The notes beneath the pieces are model-generated. The model had not been told where the DNA came from. It searched no databases and saw only the letters and a list, made by a program, of their open reading frames with translations. From Bacteriovoracia bacterium (GTDB lineage: Bacteria; Bdellovibrionota; Bacteriovoracia; Bacteriovoracales; Bacteriovoracaceae), in assembly GCA_046570105.1 (NCBI GenBank), contig JBKHVI010000004.1:43591-107590 (forward strand): a DNA stretch of 64,000 nucleotides. The letters are read 5' to 3'. Of this stretch, positions 11,307 through 21,076 are shown in pieces (position 1 is the stretch's first letter; the number at the start of each line of letters is the position of its first letter). The position numbers and the translations under genes were made by a program.

Positions 11307-11732
11307 ATGAAACACTTATTAATCGCATTGGCCCTCGTAACGACCGCAGCCCAAGCCCACACCATCACAGGCCAGATGGTTTTAAAAGGGACTGCAAAAA
11401 CTAAGATCATGATTCAAGGGTCTGAAGCCAAATGTAATGTGAAGATCGATGAGATTAAAAACAACCTCATCGAAGATAGCTTTGGAAACCCGGCGTACCA
11501 CGTTTGGACAAAGATTGAGCTTGCGAGCTCACTAAGTGCAACTACACCTATCAATTATAAATTGGATGTTCGTTTCACGAATATTCATAAAACTGCTGAC
11601 GGCAAAATGGTACGCGATGATTTGTATGTTGGTGAAGACGTTCCACGCGCTCGCATGGTTGTGAATGAAAAAGGCCGTATTAAACAAGTGGTTTTCCCGG
11701 TAGGGGCAGACACCATCACTTGTAATTTCTAA
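11307..11732 (+). CDS. Hypothetical secreted beta-rich protein
   Basis: AAGGA RBS, signal peptide AQA/H, two Cys (one near the C-terminus). Confidence 0.75.
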   Translation: MKHLLIALALVTTAAQAHTITGQMVLKGTAKTKIMIQGSEAKCNVKIDEIKNNLIEDSFGNPAYHVWTKIELASSLSATTPINYKLDVRFTNIHKTADGKMVRDDLYVGEDVPRARMVVNEKGRIKQVVFPVGADTITCNF

Positions 11733-11743
11733 ATTCTCCGACT

Positions 11744-11772
11744 GCAGTACTCACCCATCGTGTGGGTACTGC
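11744..11772. terminator. Intergenic stem-loop
   Basis: GCAGTACTCAC-N7-GTGGGTACTGC (11-bp stem, one G.U pair) after ORF 11307-11732. Confidence 0.55.
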
Positions 11773-11856
11773 TACTTATCTCTTGGTTCCTGAGCGGGAA
11801 CCGCTATAATCAAACATAAGAGCTTAATTCTTCATCCACGCCAAGGGGATAGCTAT

Positions 11857-12492
11857 ATGTCTTTTTTGCAGTCAGCAGTACAGTTCATTATTGATGGTGG
11901 CTTTTTCATGTACGTCATCCTCGCCTGCTTCGCAGTAGGTTTTGCTTTCGTCGTCGAGAGAATGAAAAAACTCTCTTCCATGGATGTGGATGGACCTTCA
12001 TTCATGAATGAACTCCAACGCTACGTTCTCTCAAATGATATTCAAGGTGCCATCCGAGTGTGCTCAGGCTCACAAGGTGCGCTTCCAAAAGTTTTAAAGA
12101 GCGGCTTGAAGCGCGCCAACCAAGGGCCAGCGCAAATTCAAAATGCCATCGATGCGACAGCTCTCGAAGTGATTCCAAAACTCGAGCAGCGCCTTCCTTA
12201 CTTACAACTTGTAGCAAACCTTTCAACTTTGTTTGGTCTCTTGGGTACTATCCAAGGTTTGATTCAATCATTCGCGGCCATCTCGGCTGCTGACCCAACT
12301 CAAAAAGCTGAAGTTCTCTCAAGCGGTATCGCGATTGCGATGTATACCACTGCCATGGGTCTAGGTTCAGCCATTGTTATCATGATTTTCCACGCTGTCT
12401 TAGCGGCCAAAGCTGAAAAGATCGTCGGTGAAATCGATGAGTACTCAGTCAAAATGTTGGATCTAATCGGCACGAAGAAAGTCGAGGACTAA
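11857..12492 (+). CDS. MotA/TolQ/ExbB proton channel subunit (AglR-like)
   Basis: Three TMs, LFGLLGTIQGLIQSF, GIAIAMYTTAMGL. Confidence 0.92.
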   Translation: MSFLQSAVQFIIDGGFFMYVILACFAVGFAFVVERMKKLSSMDVDGPSFMNELQRYVLSNDIQGAIRVCSGSQGALPKVLKSGLKRANQGPAQIQNAIDATALEVIPKLEQRLPYLQLVANLSTLFGLLGTIQGLIQSFAAISAADPTQKAEVLSSGIAIAMYTTAMGLGSAIVIMIFHAVLAAKAEKIVGEIDEYSVKMLDLIGTKKVED

Positions 12493-12496
12493 GAAC

Positions 12497-13024
12497 GTGA
12501 AACTTCCCAGCGGACGGCGCAAGAAGCGCCCACAGGAGAAGCTGAATCTAGTACCCATCATGGATGCGGTCTTTATTTTCATTTTCTTCTTGTTGATGTC
12601 GGCCCAGTTCTTACAGATCATGGAAATTGGATCTGACGTCCCTATTATTTCAGATGCTCAACCACCTAAGCCTGATAAAGACCCACTTGCTCTGCAATTA
12701 AAGATCGAAGAAAACACACTCACTCTCATGCGTGGTTTGCAGTCACAAGTCGTGGCCCGTTATGCTCGTAAAGGTGATGGCAGCTATGATCTAGAACCAC
12801 TTCATCAGAAGTTGGTCGAGATCAAAAAGACTCGCGTGAATGAAGAGAACATCATTCTTCAGCCTGAGTGGGACATTAGTTACGAAGAAATCATTAAAAT
12901 CATGGATACAGTACGCCTACTCAACAATACCGACGATGCCATTTTCAAAAAAGGCAAAGACGGGATTGATGAGAAGGTTAAAACGCTCTTTGCCAAAATT
13001 ATCTTTGGCAATCTAATGGGTTAA
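12497..13024 (+). CDS. ExbD/TolR-family protein (AglQ-like)
   Basis: LNLVPIMDAVFIFIFFLL transmembrane motif with the conserved Asp; GTG start. Confidence 0.9.
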   Translation: MKLPSGRRKKRPQEKLNLVPIMDAVFIFIFFLLMSAQFLQIMEIGSDVPIISDAQPPKPDKDPLALQLKIEENTLTLMRGLQSQVVARYARKGDGSYDLEPLHQKLVEIKKTRVNEENIILQPEWDISYEEIIKIMDTVRLLNNTDDAIFKKGKDGIDEKVKTLFAKIIFGNLMG

Positions 13025-13026
13025 TT

Positions 13027-13536
13027 ATGGGTTCACGCCGCATTCAAGGTCGCCGCCGTAGAAAGACGATGCAAGCACTCGATCTTGATATCACGTCTCT
13101 ACTCGATATCTTGACCATCCTTTTGGTGTTTTTGATCCAAAGTTATAACGCTTCAGGCGTTATCATTAACGTTCCAGATGGCATCACACTTCCGCGTTCG
13201 GCTTCTGAAAACCAAAATACCTTTGGTGTAAACGTTCAGGTCTCGGCCGACAAGATTTGGGTGGATGACGTTGAGGTCTTTAATACCGCAGCCATGCCAG
13301 AAAAAGTCTATGACAACGACGGCCGTCGCATCATTGCGCTTTATAACGAGCTGGTTCGCGTAAAAGAAAACATCAAGCGCACCGAAAAAACCTCACCCGA
13401 TGCAAAGAAATTTTCAGGTATCGCCAACCTCGTGATCGATAAGACTTTGAAGTACAACTACGTAAAGCGCGTGATGTTCACTTGCGCTGATGCCGGCTTT
13501 AAAGAATTTAAGTTTGTTGTTCTGACGACGAAATAA
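13027..13536 (+). CDS. ExbD/TolR-family protein (AglS-like)
   Basis: DITSLLDILTILLVFLI transmembrane motif; C-terminal DK...Y..VKRVMFTCADAGF. Confidence 0.9.
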   Translation: MGSRRIQGRRRRKTMQALDLDITSLLDILTILLVFLIQSYNASGVIINVPDGITLPRSASENQNTFGVNVQVSADKIWVDDVEVFNTAAMPEKVYDNDGRRIIALYNELVRVKENIKRTEKTSPDAKKFSGIANLVIDKTLKYNYVKRVMFTCADAGFKEFKFVVLTTK

Positions 13537-13556
13537 TTTTTATCTTCATTTGAAGC

Positions 13557-13590
13557 AATAAAAAAGCCCCAGCAATGGGGCTTTTTTATT
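13557..13590. terminator. Bidirectional rho-independent terminator
   Basis: Perfect inverted repeat AATAAAAAAGCCCCA-GCAA-TGGGGCTTTTTTATT between convergent operons. Confidence 0.92.
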
Positions 13591-13606
13591 TCGTATGTTG
13601 TTTAAA

Positions 13607-15622
13607 CTAGATTCGCTTCGGATAGAAGTTCATCGGCTGCTTCACTTCAACTGTACCGCCACCCATGGGCTCGGGGAATTGGATACCGCGCAGGACATCG
13701 ACGACACAGCGTTTGACCTGACCGGGGAGACTGGAAGCATCATCCACACCCGCTTGAGCGACGTGGCCGGAAGCTCCGATGACAAAGTTCAACTTGATCA
13801 CCGCTTGCAGCTCAGCCCCTGAACGATCGAGCTCTGATTGATAACAGAAGCGAAACTTTGGCAGGTTATCCATCAAGATTCGACGAATCACATCGGGATC
13901 CATTGAACCCAGTACCACCGTTTCGGCTGGTATACCGGCGGTGAAGATAGCACGTTTGGCGGAAAGTCCTTCAGCACCTTTGGATGTTCCGATTGTTCCC
14001 GTCGTAGCACCAGTGAGACTTCCGCCTCCTGCTGTCACGGCCGCTTTTTGTAGCTCAGTACCTGAACCAGAACCTTGCACAGCACCTGAACCGAAATCAC
14101 TGCCCGAACCTGTTGCCGATTTAGTCGTCACACCTGAAAGTGAGCCGCCTTTAGCGAGCATGGTATTAACTGTGCTCGAGAAATCAGCTGATTTATAAAC
14201 ATCAACAGGACCGCGAGTCGCCGATGGGTACTGAGACTTCACAGTCGCGCTCTTGGCCGTTTGAGATTTAGCAGGATTGCCCGCACCAGCAGTCGCCGGT
14301 TTAGGTGTGGTGAGTTTTGGATCACCTTGCTTCACTACGACTTTTTGTGGAGCAGTCACTTTACCTGGATCAGGCTTACCTGTTTTTTTATTTTCTTGAA
14401 TGTCAGGTTTCTCGATTGGCTTAGCTACTTTAGGCTCTTCTTTTTTCACTGCAACTTTTGGAGGAGCTTTTTGAGGTTGAGGCTTCTCTTTAGGAGTGCT
14501 CTCCACTGTTTTATTGGTGTTCACCATCAGCTTTTGGCGATAGAGAATCGTCGCCAAACGCTCTGGGGCCTTTTCTTCTTCTTTTTCTTCTTCTTCAAAT
14601 TGAGCGAACTGAATGCCACCACTCAAAAGTGCGGTAAAAAACAAGAATAAGAAAAGATAGCGACGAAGAACGGGATCACGTCGCAACATTGGAGCTGCCG
14701 CTACTTTCGGAGGAGCTTCAACATTTCTTACAAAGATTTGAATATCGCCTTTAAAGAAGCGCAGAATATCTTGCGGCTTAATATCGACCGGCGCTCCGCC
14801 TTGATTAACGGACTTAGATTGATTCTCACTTAAATGAAGAATCTCGTAGCCTGGTAATTTATGAACTGAGGCTTGGCCGCCACGCATTTCAATAAAGGGA
14901 ACTTTTTCAGCTTTACCTAAATAAGGAAATTCTAAATCTTTGCCCTCAGGCCTAAATCCTGCCAAATGATAAGTGCCGTCTGAGTCAGGCAAATAGTCGA
15001 CAGCGTACACGCGATCTTTAAATAGTATGATGACTTCAACTGCTTGCTTGGCAGCATCGTAGCGAAAGATGGGATAGAGCGTTTCAACATCTTCAAAAAT
15101 GTATTCACTCTGATCGGCCTTAGGATCTGCCGCGAGAGGATAAATAATATAAGGAGCATCCGTGACCGCCACTGTCGGAGCGACAGGTGGCTTTTTTGCT
15201 TGTAAGTCTTCAGTCGGAAGTTGCGGTGGAAGCTTAGTAGAAGCTGTTCCTGCCGCAGGCTCAAGTGACTCTAGTACGGGAGGAAGATTCTCCTCGGGAC
15301 GATACGCAATAAATGAGAGATCAATATCAGCGAGTGAAAAACTGTCGCCTGGTCGAAGATCTGCGACAACGACTTTCTTACCGCCTACCCAAGTGCCATT
15401 GGTTGAATTCATATCGTAGATCTTTGCGCTATCAGCAAAAACTTCGATAACCGCATGAATGGCTGAAATTGAATCACTGTCTATAATGACATCACAAGAT
15501 TCAGCTCGACCCACCAAAAGGCGACCTTTACTGATAACATCCCCTTCCACTCGCACACGAGGGTCACGGGCCTTGAGACGAAACAACAGACGCTGACCGG
15601 CTTTTTGAATATCCACGCTCAA
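13607..15622 (-). CDS. FHA domain + TM + TonB-like C-terminal protein (GltG/PglI-like gliding transducer)
   Basis: FHA motifs (VGR..CD...SISAIHA, DMNSTNGT), TM YLFLFLFF, Pro/Lys- then Gly-rich linker, C-terminal RFCYQSEL...CVVDVLRGIQFPEPMGGG. TTG start after AAAGGA. Confidence 0.85.
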   Translation of the reverse strand: MSVDIQKAGQRLLFRLKARDPRVRVEGDVISKGRLLVGRAESCDVIIDSDSISAIHAVIEVFADSAKIYDMNSTNGTWVGGKKVVVADLRPGDSFSLADIDLSFIAYRPEENLPPVLESLEPAAGTASTKLPPQLPTEDLQAKKPPVAPTVAVTDAPYIIYPLAADPKADQSEYIFEDVETLYPIFRYDAAKQAVEVIILFKDRVYAVDYLPDSDGTYHLAGFRPEGKDLEFPYLGKAEKVPFIEMRGGQASVHKLPGYEILHLSENQSKSVNQGGAPVDIKPQDILRFFKGDIQIFVRNVEAPPKVAAAPMLRRDPVLRRYLFLFLFFTALLSGGIQFAQFEEEEKEEEKAPERLATILYRQKLMVNTNKTVESTPKEKPQPQKAPPKVAVKKEEPKVAKPIEKPDIQENKKTGKPDPGKVTAPQKVVVKQGDPKLTTPKPATAGAGNPAKSQTAKSATVKSQYPSATRGPVDVYKSADFSSTVNTMLAKGGSLSGVTTKSATGSGSDFGSGAVQGSGSGTELQKAAVTAGGGSLTGATTGTIGTSKGAEGLSAKRAIFTAGIPAETVVLGSMDPDVIRRILMDNLPKFRFCYQSELDRSGAELQAVIKLNFVIGASGHVAQAGVDDASSLPGQVKRCVVDVLRGIQFPEPMGGGTVEVKQPMNFYPKRI

Positions 15623-15628
15623 ATCCTT

Positions 15629-15883
15629 TTAGCGAATACCACTTGCTGATTTACGCATTTCTTTGGCAAAACTTTTTCTCTCCGGCAACTTATTGCCATA
15701 GTTCTTACGAGGAGTCGGTGCCACAGAGATATCCCCCGGCGCTCCTGACTCACCTTCGACTCCGATTTCTTCGAAATCAAATCGTTCAAATTTTTTATAT
15801 TCATAAATCACTTTCTTCTTTGGCTTCGATTGTGCCAAAGCCGAGAGTGAAGACATTAAAACTAAAATCAAGAATAGCTTCAT
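15629..15883 (-). CDS. Small secreted protein, GltF-like
   Basis: Signal peptide, YKKFERFDFEEIGVEGE..PG and RKSF motifs; lies between the TPR gene and the GltG-like gene. Confidence 0.7.
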   Translation of the reverse strand: MKLFLILVLMSSLSALAQSKPKKKVIYEYKKFERFDFEEIGVEGESGAPGDISVAPTPRKNYGNKLPERKSFAKEMRKSASGIR

Positions 15884-15884
15884 G

Positions 15885-16781
15885 CTAATCTCCTATGACC
15901 CGTTTAAGTTCGTTGGCGTAACGCTTGGCCAAACCTTCAGCATCAGTTGCTGATAATAAATCTTTTGCCAGATCTTTTTTACCGAGACGATAGGCCGTGA
16001 GAGACATATTTAAACCTACATCGCTTCTGCGGCGTAATTTATCGGGAACCAAAGAGAAATGTTCCCAAGCTTCTTCCCAACGTGCGAGTACCGCTAAGCT
16101 ATTGGCTAAGCCAATACGAACTTCAACATCGTTAGGGGCTTCATTCGATAGACCTTGGAAAATCGGGAGCGACTTATCAGCAAGACCATAATTTAAAAGA
16201 AGATGGGCTTGATTGTAGCGAGGTGTGCGAGTGAACTGACCATTCTTCAAAGCTCTCTGCAACGCTACCTGCGCTTTCTGATCTTGATTGTTTTTTCCGT
16301 AGATCACACCAATATTGTTTAACGCTGGTACATAGTCAGGAGAGACTTCGATCGCTTTGTTATAGAACAACAAAGCTTTGCGTTCATTGCCCTGTAAGAG
16401 GTAGCAAGTCGCTATTTGATTCCAATAAGTCGGAAGCTTCAGATGAGTATTGAAAATAGCTTCGGCAATCCCAAAGGCACGCTGATAATCACGCTCATAA
16501 CAACTTGCCATCATCACAGCGAGTGGATCTTTTCCGGCCAGAATCTCTTTCATCTCAGCATCAGAGGCATTATTAGCTGACTCACTCAAAAGAACGTTGT
16601 CGCCCTTACCTTTAGCATTGTAGTGATCTTGTCCCGGAGTATAGACGATAGGTTTCTTTTTTGCGAAATCTTGATTGCTGATGACAACACCAGCGGCTGG
16701 ATCAGCTTCCAATGCCTTCTTAGAGCTTGGTCCACCAGCGCAACCTGCCAAAAGAATGGATAGAACAAATGCGTATTTCAT
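15885..16781 (-). CDS. TPR lipoprotein (GltE/AglT-like)
   Basis: Lipobox LAGC, TPR repeats (ALNNIGVIY), gene context. Confidence 0.8.
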   Translation of the reverse strand: MKYAFVLSILLAGCAGGPSSKKALEADPAAGVVISNQDFAKKKPIVYTPGQDHYNAKGKGDNVLLSESANNASDAEMKEILAGKDPLAVMMASCYERDYQRAFGIAEAIFNTHLKLPTYWNQIATCYLLQGNERKALLFYNKAIEVSPDYVPALNNIGVIYGKNNQDQKAQVALQRALKNGQFTRTPRYNQAHLLLNYGLADKSLPIFQGLSNEAPNDVEVRIGLANSLAVLARWEEAWEHFSLVPDKLRRRSDVGLNMSLTAYRLGKKDLAKDLLSATDAEGLAKRYANELKRVIGD

Positions 16782-19660
16782 TTTACGCCTCCACGATCCA
16801 TTAGCACCATTGAGCCCTGCTTCTGATAGGAAGGAACAACATCAGCACCTTGAATGGCCAGCATTTCAAAATTGTCTTCAGACAAAATGGTATTTTTTTG
16901 GATCAATTGTTTTACATCCATTCGTCTTTTCTGTGCTGTTTGGAGAATAGGCGTCCAAACACCTGACATCGCCTTTCGGAAACTTTCAACGTACTCAGGA
17001 CTTTTACCTTCAGGAGAAAACAGTCTAAGTTCTTCAGCGAAGGCTTCATAGGAGTTGATCAGAATTTTGTAAGCTTTTACGATGCCTTTACCTGAACCTG
17101 TCTTTTGGATTTCATTGACATCAACAGTAAGTGAATCAAGCATTGAGAGTTTGGCTTTAACAGTCTGATTGAAGTTTTGCTCAGGGAACACCAGCTTCAT
17201 ATTTCCAAGTTGAATGCGTTTTTGCTCAAGCTTAGGCATTAAGCCGAGGGCGATAATATCCAGGGCTTCTACTGGAATATCTAGGTTCTTTGCTTTGGCG
17301 CTTCGATAGATTGCAAGTATTTGGCTTCCAAGTAGCTGTGCCTTATCGGTATCACCCAGGCCAATATATGTTTGGCGTAAATTTTCCAAATAAACAATTG
17401 TAAGGGGTGCCTGGGATTTACTTTCAGTCACGGGTCTGATGACTTCAGCCAACGATTCCCAACGCTTCAACCGTGCATATTCTTTGGCAAGCTCAAGACG
17501 GGCTTCATTCATTGTGCCAACATCGATTCCACAACGTGCGCCAAGCCCCATCACTTCTTCAGCTTTATCTATTTTTCCTTCTGCTAACCAAAGGAAAACC
17601 GAGTTCTTGAAGGCAGTGTTCTTGGCCGCGAGACCCTCAGTGCAAAGTTTGGCGACTGTTCGCGCTCCAAGATCTGCTGACTGCTGAAAGCGCTGCCTGA
17701 GGAAGAGGTTGCTGGAAATTGCTAAGAATGAGGTTGAGAATTGTTTGGCCTCTTTGCCATCCATTTCTTGTAATGCTACGACCGCCCACTTGTAGCTTTC
17801 TGGTAAATCACCGGCTTCATAATAAAGCGCTGCTAAGTTGTAAGCAGCGTTCGCCTTAGCGCGCGGAGTACTTTCGTTGCTGTTGTAGATGCGAATATAG
17901 CTTTTAAGCGCTGTGCTCTTATCACCTTTATCAAGTGCCATTTGGGCACCTTCAATTTGAATCTTTGTCATGAGCTGACGAAGAGCATCTGCATACTTCT
18001 TAGAAACTTTATAAGTCCCATTATTGATTTCAGTCACAAAGAATTTAACTTTTGAATAGTCTTTCTTCTTACGTGCATGCTCCATTACTTCTGCTAGCAT
18101 CGCTTCCTGAGTTTTAAAATCTTCGGGATAAGTTTTGGCATAGCCGTTCATCACTTTCTCAGCGTTATCAACGTCATTACGACTCATATACACTTTGAAA
18201 AGTTTTTGACGAATGACTTTGGCACGAGCAGAGCTTCCGTCCTGCGCTAAGTATGATGTGTATACCGGAACATAGTATTTTTCCGCCAACGATTGAGGGA
18301 AGCCTTTCTGACCTAGCGCCGCCAACATCCCTTCCATTGCCTGCGAGGCTACTTTTGAATTTTTCTCTTTCAAGGCCGAGCTATTCGCAAGCTGATAGGA
18401 TTCCATCGCCTCAGTATATTTTCCTGCTGCGTAAGCCGTTTCACCTTTAAAGAAAGTCGGCTCCGCTGTCTGCCCAGGACGTAAGCGTGCCAATAAAGTA
18501 AAGTACGCATTGGCCTGACGGGCACGTAGCTCACGGGTTTTCTTCACATTTTTATAGATATCAGAGGCAGCCGCTTTTTGAAGTTCGGCAGCTTTCTTCG
18601 CCACTTGATACTCTAAAATCTTAGTTTGAGAGCGATCTAGCTTACGGTCTTCAAAAAGTTTTGTGAGTTCCTCTGAAGCCTTTAAATGAGGTGGGACTTT
18701 TTCGAATTTATCAAACAGATCTAACTGCAAAGTTAGGACTTCAGCACGACCCTCTGTCGTTTTCTGCATGGAGGCAGCTTCATTGGCCAATTGCTCAGCT
18801 TGAGTAAATTTACCTTGAGCAATCAGTACTTTCGCAATTTTGATCAGATGATTTGAAAAATCGATATTCTGAGCTTTATACCACTTGATCGCTTCGTCAG
18901 TACGACGTGCCTCAATAAAGAATCCACCCAGATCTCTTTCAACAAAATGACTCATATTGATGAAACGTTGATCAGAGGACTTCTGATGAATTTCTTTCAT
19001 CAGATTAATGGCTTTGGTGTAATTCTTCACACGGTAGTAACACCAAGCAAGATTAAAAGCGTCTTTAGTCCACCATGTTTCATTTATTTTAGAAAGAGCA
19101 CTTTCATATAGAGGAATGGCCTTAGAGAACTGAGCCTTATTATATAGAGAGTCAGCTAGGGCTAATTGTGATTTATGAAAGGTATTACTCCCCTTGCGCG
19201 CCTTCTTGGTGGCAAGAGCGAAATATTTTTGAGCTTGATCGTATTGCTTCAGCTCACGTGCATTGTAGGCAAGGATATAATAAACGTCAGCAATGTCTTT
19301 ATAATTAGGGAATTGCTTAGTCACAGCCGTTGCATATTGATTGGCCACCTGAAAGTTTCGATTTGATCCAGCGTAGGCTTTGTTTTGATCGGCAGATCTT
19401 CGCTGTTCAGCTGGCAAGGCCAAGAAACGCTCGTTCTCACTCTCGCGTACTAGACGAGCTTTTTCTAAGTTCAGTTCAGCCGCACGCAACAATAGTTCTG
19501 GATCTCGGTTGCCTCTTTGCTTAGATAAGCGAGTCACCTCATTGAGTTCTTCATCAATGATATCGAGAATGCGACCACGACGCTCATCTTCAGAGATTTT
19601 AGCTCCCCAAATATTAGTCGTGGCGATGAGGAGTAGTACCGTTAGTACGTGCTTTAACAT
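16778..19660 (-). CDS. Large secreted TPR protein (GltD/AgmU-like)
   Basis: 960 aa with signal peptide and many TPR-like helical repeats (FNLAWCYY, AAYNLAALYY); overlaps its neighbours. Confidence 0.8.
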   Translation of the reverse strand: MLKHVLTVLLLIATTNIWGAKISEDERRGRILDIIDEELNEVTRLSKQRGNRDPELLLRAAELNLEKARLVRESENERFLALPAEQRRSADQNKAYAGSNRNFQVANQYATAVTKQFPNYKDIADVYYILAYNARELKQYDQAQKYFALATKKARKGSNTFHKSQLALADSLYNKAQFSKAIPLYESALSKINETWWTKDAFNLAWCYYRVKNYTKAINLMKEIHQKSSDQRFINMSHFVERDLGGFFIEARRTDEAIKWYKAQNIDFSNHLIKIAKVLIAQGKFTQAEQLANEAASMQKTTEGRAEVLTLQLDLFDKFEKVPPHLKASEELTKLFEDRKLDRSQTKILEYQVAKKAAELQKAAASDIYKNVKKTRELRARQANAYFTLLARLRPGQTAEPTFFKGETAYAAGKYTEAMESYQLANSSALKEKNSKVASQAMEGMLAALGQKGFPQSLAEKYYVPVYTSYLAQDGSSARAKVIRQKLFKVYMSRNDVDNAEKVMNGYAKTYPEDFKTQEAMLAEVMEHARKKKDYSKVKFFVTEINNGTYKVSKKYADALRQLMTKIQIEGAQMALDKGDKSTALKSYIRIYNSNESTPRAKANAAYNLAALYYEAGDLPESYKWAVVALQEMDGKEAKQFSTSFLAISSNLFLRQRFQQSADLGARTVAKLCTEGLAAKNTAFKNSVFLWLAEGKIDKAEEVMGLGARCGIDVGTMNEARLELAKEYARLKRWESLAEVIRPVTESKSQAPLTIVYLENLRQTYIGLGDTDKAQLLGSQILAIYRSAKAKNLDIPVEALDIIALGLMPKLEQKRIQLGNMKLVFPEQNFNQTVKAKLSMLDSLTVDVNEIQKTGSGKGIVKAYKILINSYEAFAEELRLFSPEGKSPEYVESFRKAMSGVWTPILQTAQKRRMDVKQLIQKNTILSEDNFEMLAIQGADVVPSYQKQGSMVLMDRGGVK

Positions 19661-21060
19661 TCAGACCCCAATGCGAAGACATAGTCGCCTAACTCATCGG
19701 CCCAGAACTCACCATTAAAGTCCCAGAAGTATTGTTTATCGTTGCGGTCGATGTAGCGAATATCTCCTCGCTTCCCACCCGATGATTTTGACTCATAAAG
19801 TGACTGTTTCTTGCGAGAGAGAACTTCGAGCTTGATAAAACTCATATCCTGGAAAGACTGTGTGAGGGCGGTGTATTTATCATGCATTTGAGCACGGGCG
19901 TAACTTCCCAGAAGGTCTTGGTAATTACCCACAACTTCTTTTACGTTTCTCATCAGTGCAACGGCCATGCGACCATTGCCCAAAGACTTTAGAGTACTAA
20001 ATTCTTTGATCGCATCTATGTAGGCTTGTTTCATCTCTTGCCAAGCAGGATCTTTAGAAACCGAAAGCAACAAGGCCTGCATCAAAAAATCTTTTGCCGA
20101 TCTATCTTGTTCAAAGGTTGTGACTAAACGGAAGTAATAGTTATAGTCGCGACCATGTGACACAAGAAAGCTGCGAAGATCTTTTGAGGGCTCAAGCCAG
20201 CGAGTGTAGAAATCTTCGACGATGCCATTTACATCGCTGTAGAGACACATTCTTAAGTAAGCCATCGCCTTCAGAACTTCAATCTCTGGATTAAAGACGA
20301 AATCAAAGACTGGGGCCTTATAGGAAACTAATTTACCGAGGGTTCTATTGTAGTTTTTTAGATAGTAACTCGACCAAGCTTCCTCGAATAAAATTTCAGG
20401 CCAGACATATGACGATTTAGGGACATCTAAATAGAGGAAGTCAGCTTTAACATAATCACCACGACCGAAGGCTGTCCGTGCGATTCCGGCTATACAGGAA
20501 TCACGGTTGATCAGTAACTGGCGCATTTTTACTGGATCGGACTCTCCATTAAAGCGTGAGCGAGAAAAGTTCACACAGTCTTTATAGTCAGACTCGGCTT
20601 CAGCGTGTTTACCTTGGATACCGTGAATCGCGGCCCGCAAATGAGCTGCAAAGGGATAAACAGGATGATTGGCATTCACTCGAGTTAACTCGGTAAGTGA
20701 ATCATTCCAACGGCCTTTTCGAAAATGTTTCTTGGCCAGAATGTAGCGAATCACTGATGAGCGCGACTGACCAAGAATATTGTCAGGCAAAGTTTCAAAA
20801 GGACGAACGCCTGTGCGTGCGATCATCTTATCAAATGCACGATCGAGATCTTCGTCAATGATAGATCTATTTTGCACAAGGTAGTCTTTCATGAAGGGAA
20901 CGGCCGCAAAGGGATAACCGTCATCAACAAGTTGAATAACTAGTTTTCTCCACGAGGATGGCCCCGAGCTTGATTCCCAGATTTTTTGTGCATCATTAAG
21001 ACTGGCCCAAACTGTTGAGCTCATCATAAGTGTTGCGATTAAGACGAGATGGTGGAACAT
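19654..21060 (-). CDS. Secreted TPR protein (GltC-like)
   Basis: Signal peptide after ATG 21060 (GGGAG RBS); WPEILFEEAW and C-terminal YFWDFNGEFWADELGDY..SEC resemble GltC. Confidence 0.8.
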   Translation of the reverse strand: MFHHLVLIATLMMSSTVWASLNDAQKIWESSSGPSSWRKLVIQLVDDGYPFAAVPFMKDYLVQNRSIIDEDLDRAFDKMIARTGVRPFETLPDNILGQSRSSVIRYILAKKHFRKGRWNDSLTELTRVNANHPVYPFAAHLRAAIHGIQGKHAEAESDYKDCVNFSRSRFNGESDPVKMRQLLINRDSCIAGIARTAFGRGDYVKADFLYLDVPKSSYVWPEILFEEAWSSYYLKNYNRTLGKLVSYKAPVFDFVFNPEIEVLKAMAYLRMCLYSDVNGIVEDFYTRWLEPSKDLRSFLVSHGRDYNYYFRLVTTFEQDRSAKDFLMQALLLSVSKDPAWQEMKQAYIDAIKEFSTLKSLGNGRMAVALMRNVKEVVGNYQDLLGSYARAQMHDKYTALTQSFQDMSFIKLEVLSRKKQSLYESKSSGGKRGDIRYIDRNDKQYFWDFNGEFWADELGDYVFALGSEC

Positions 21061-21076
21061 CCTGTTCTCCCTTAGC

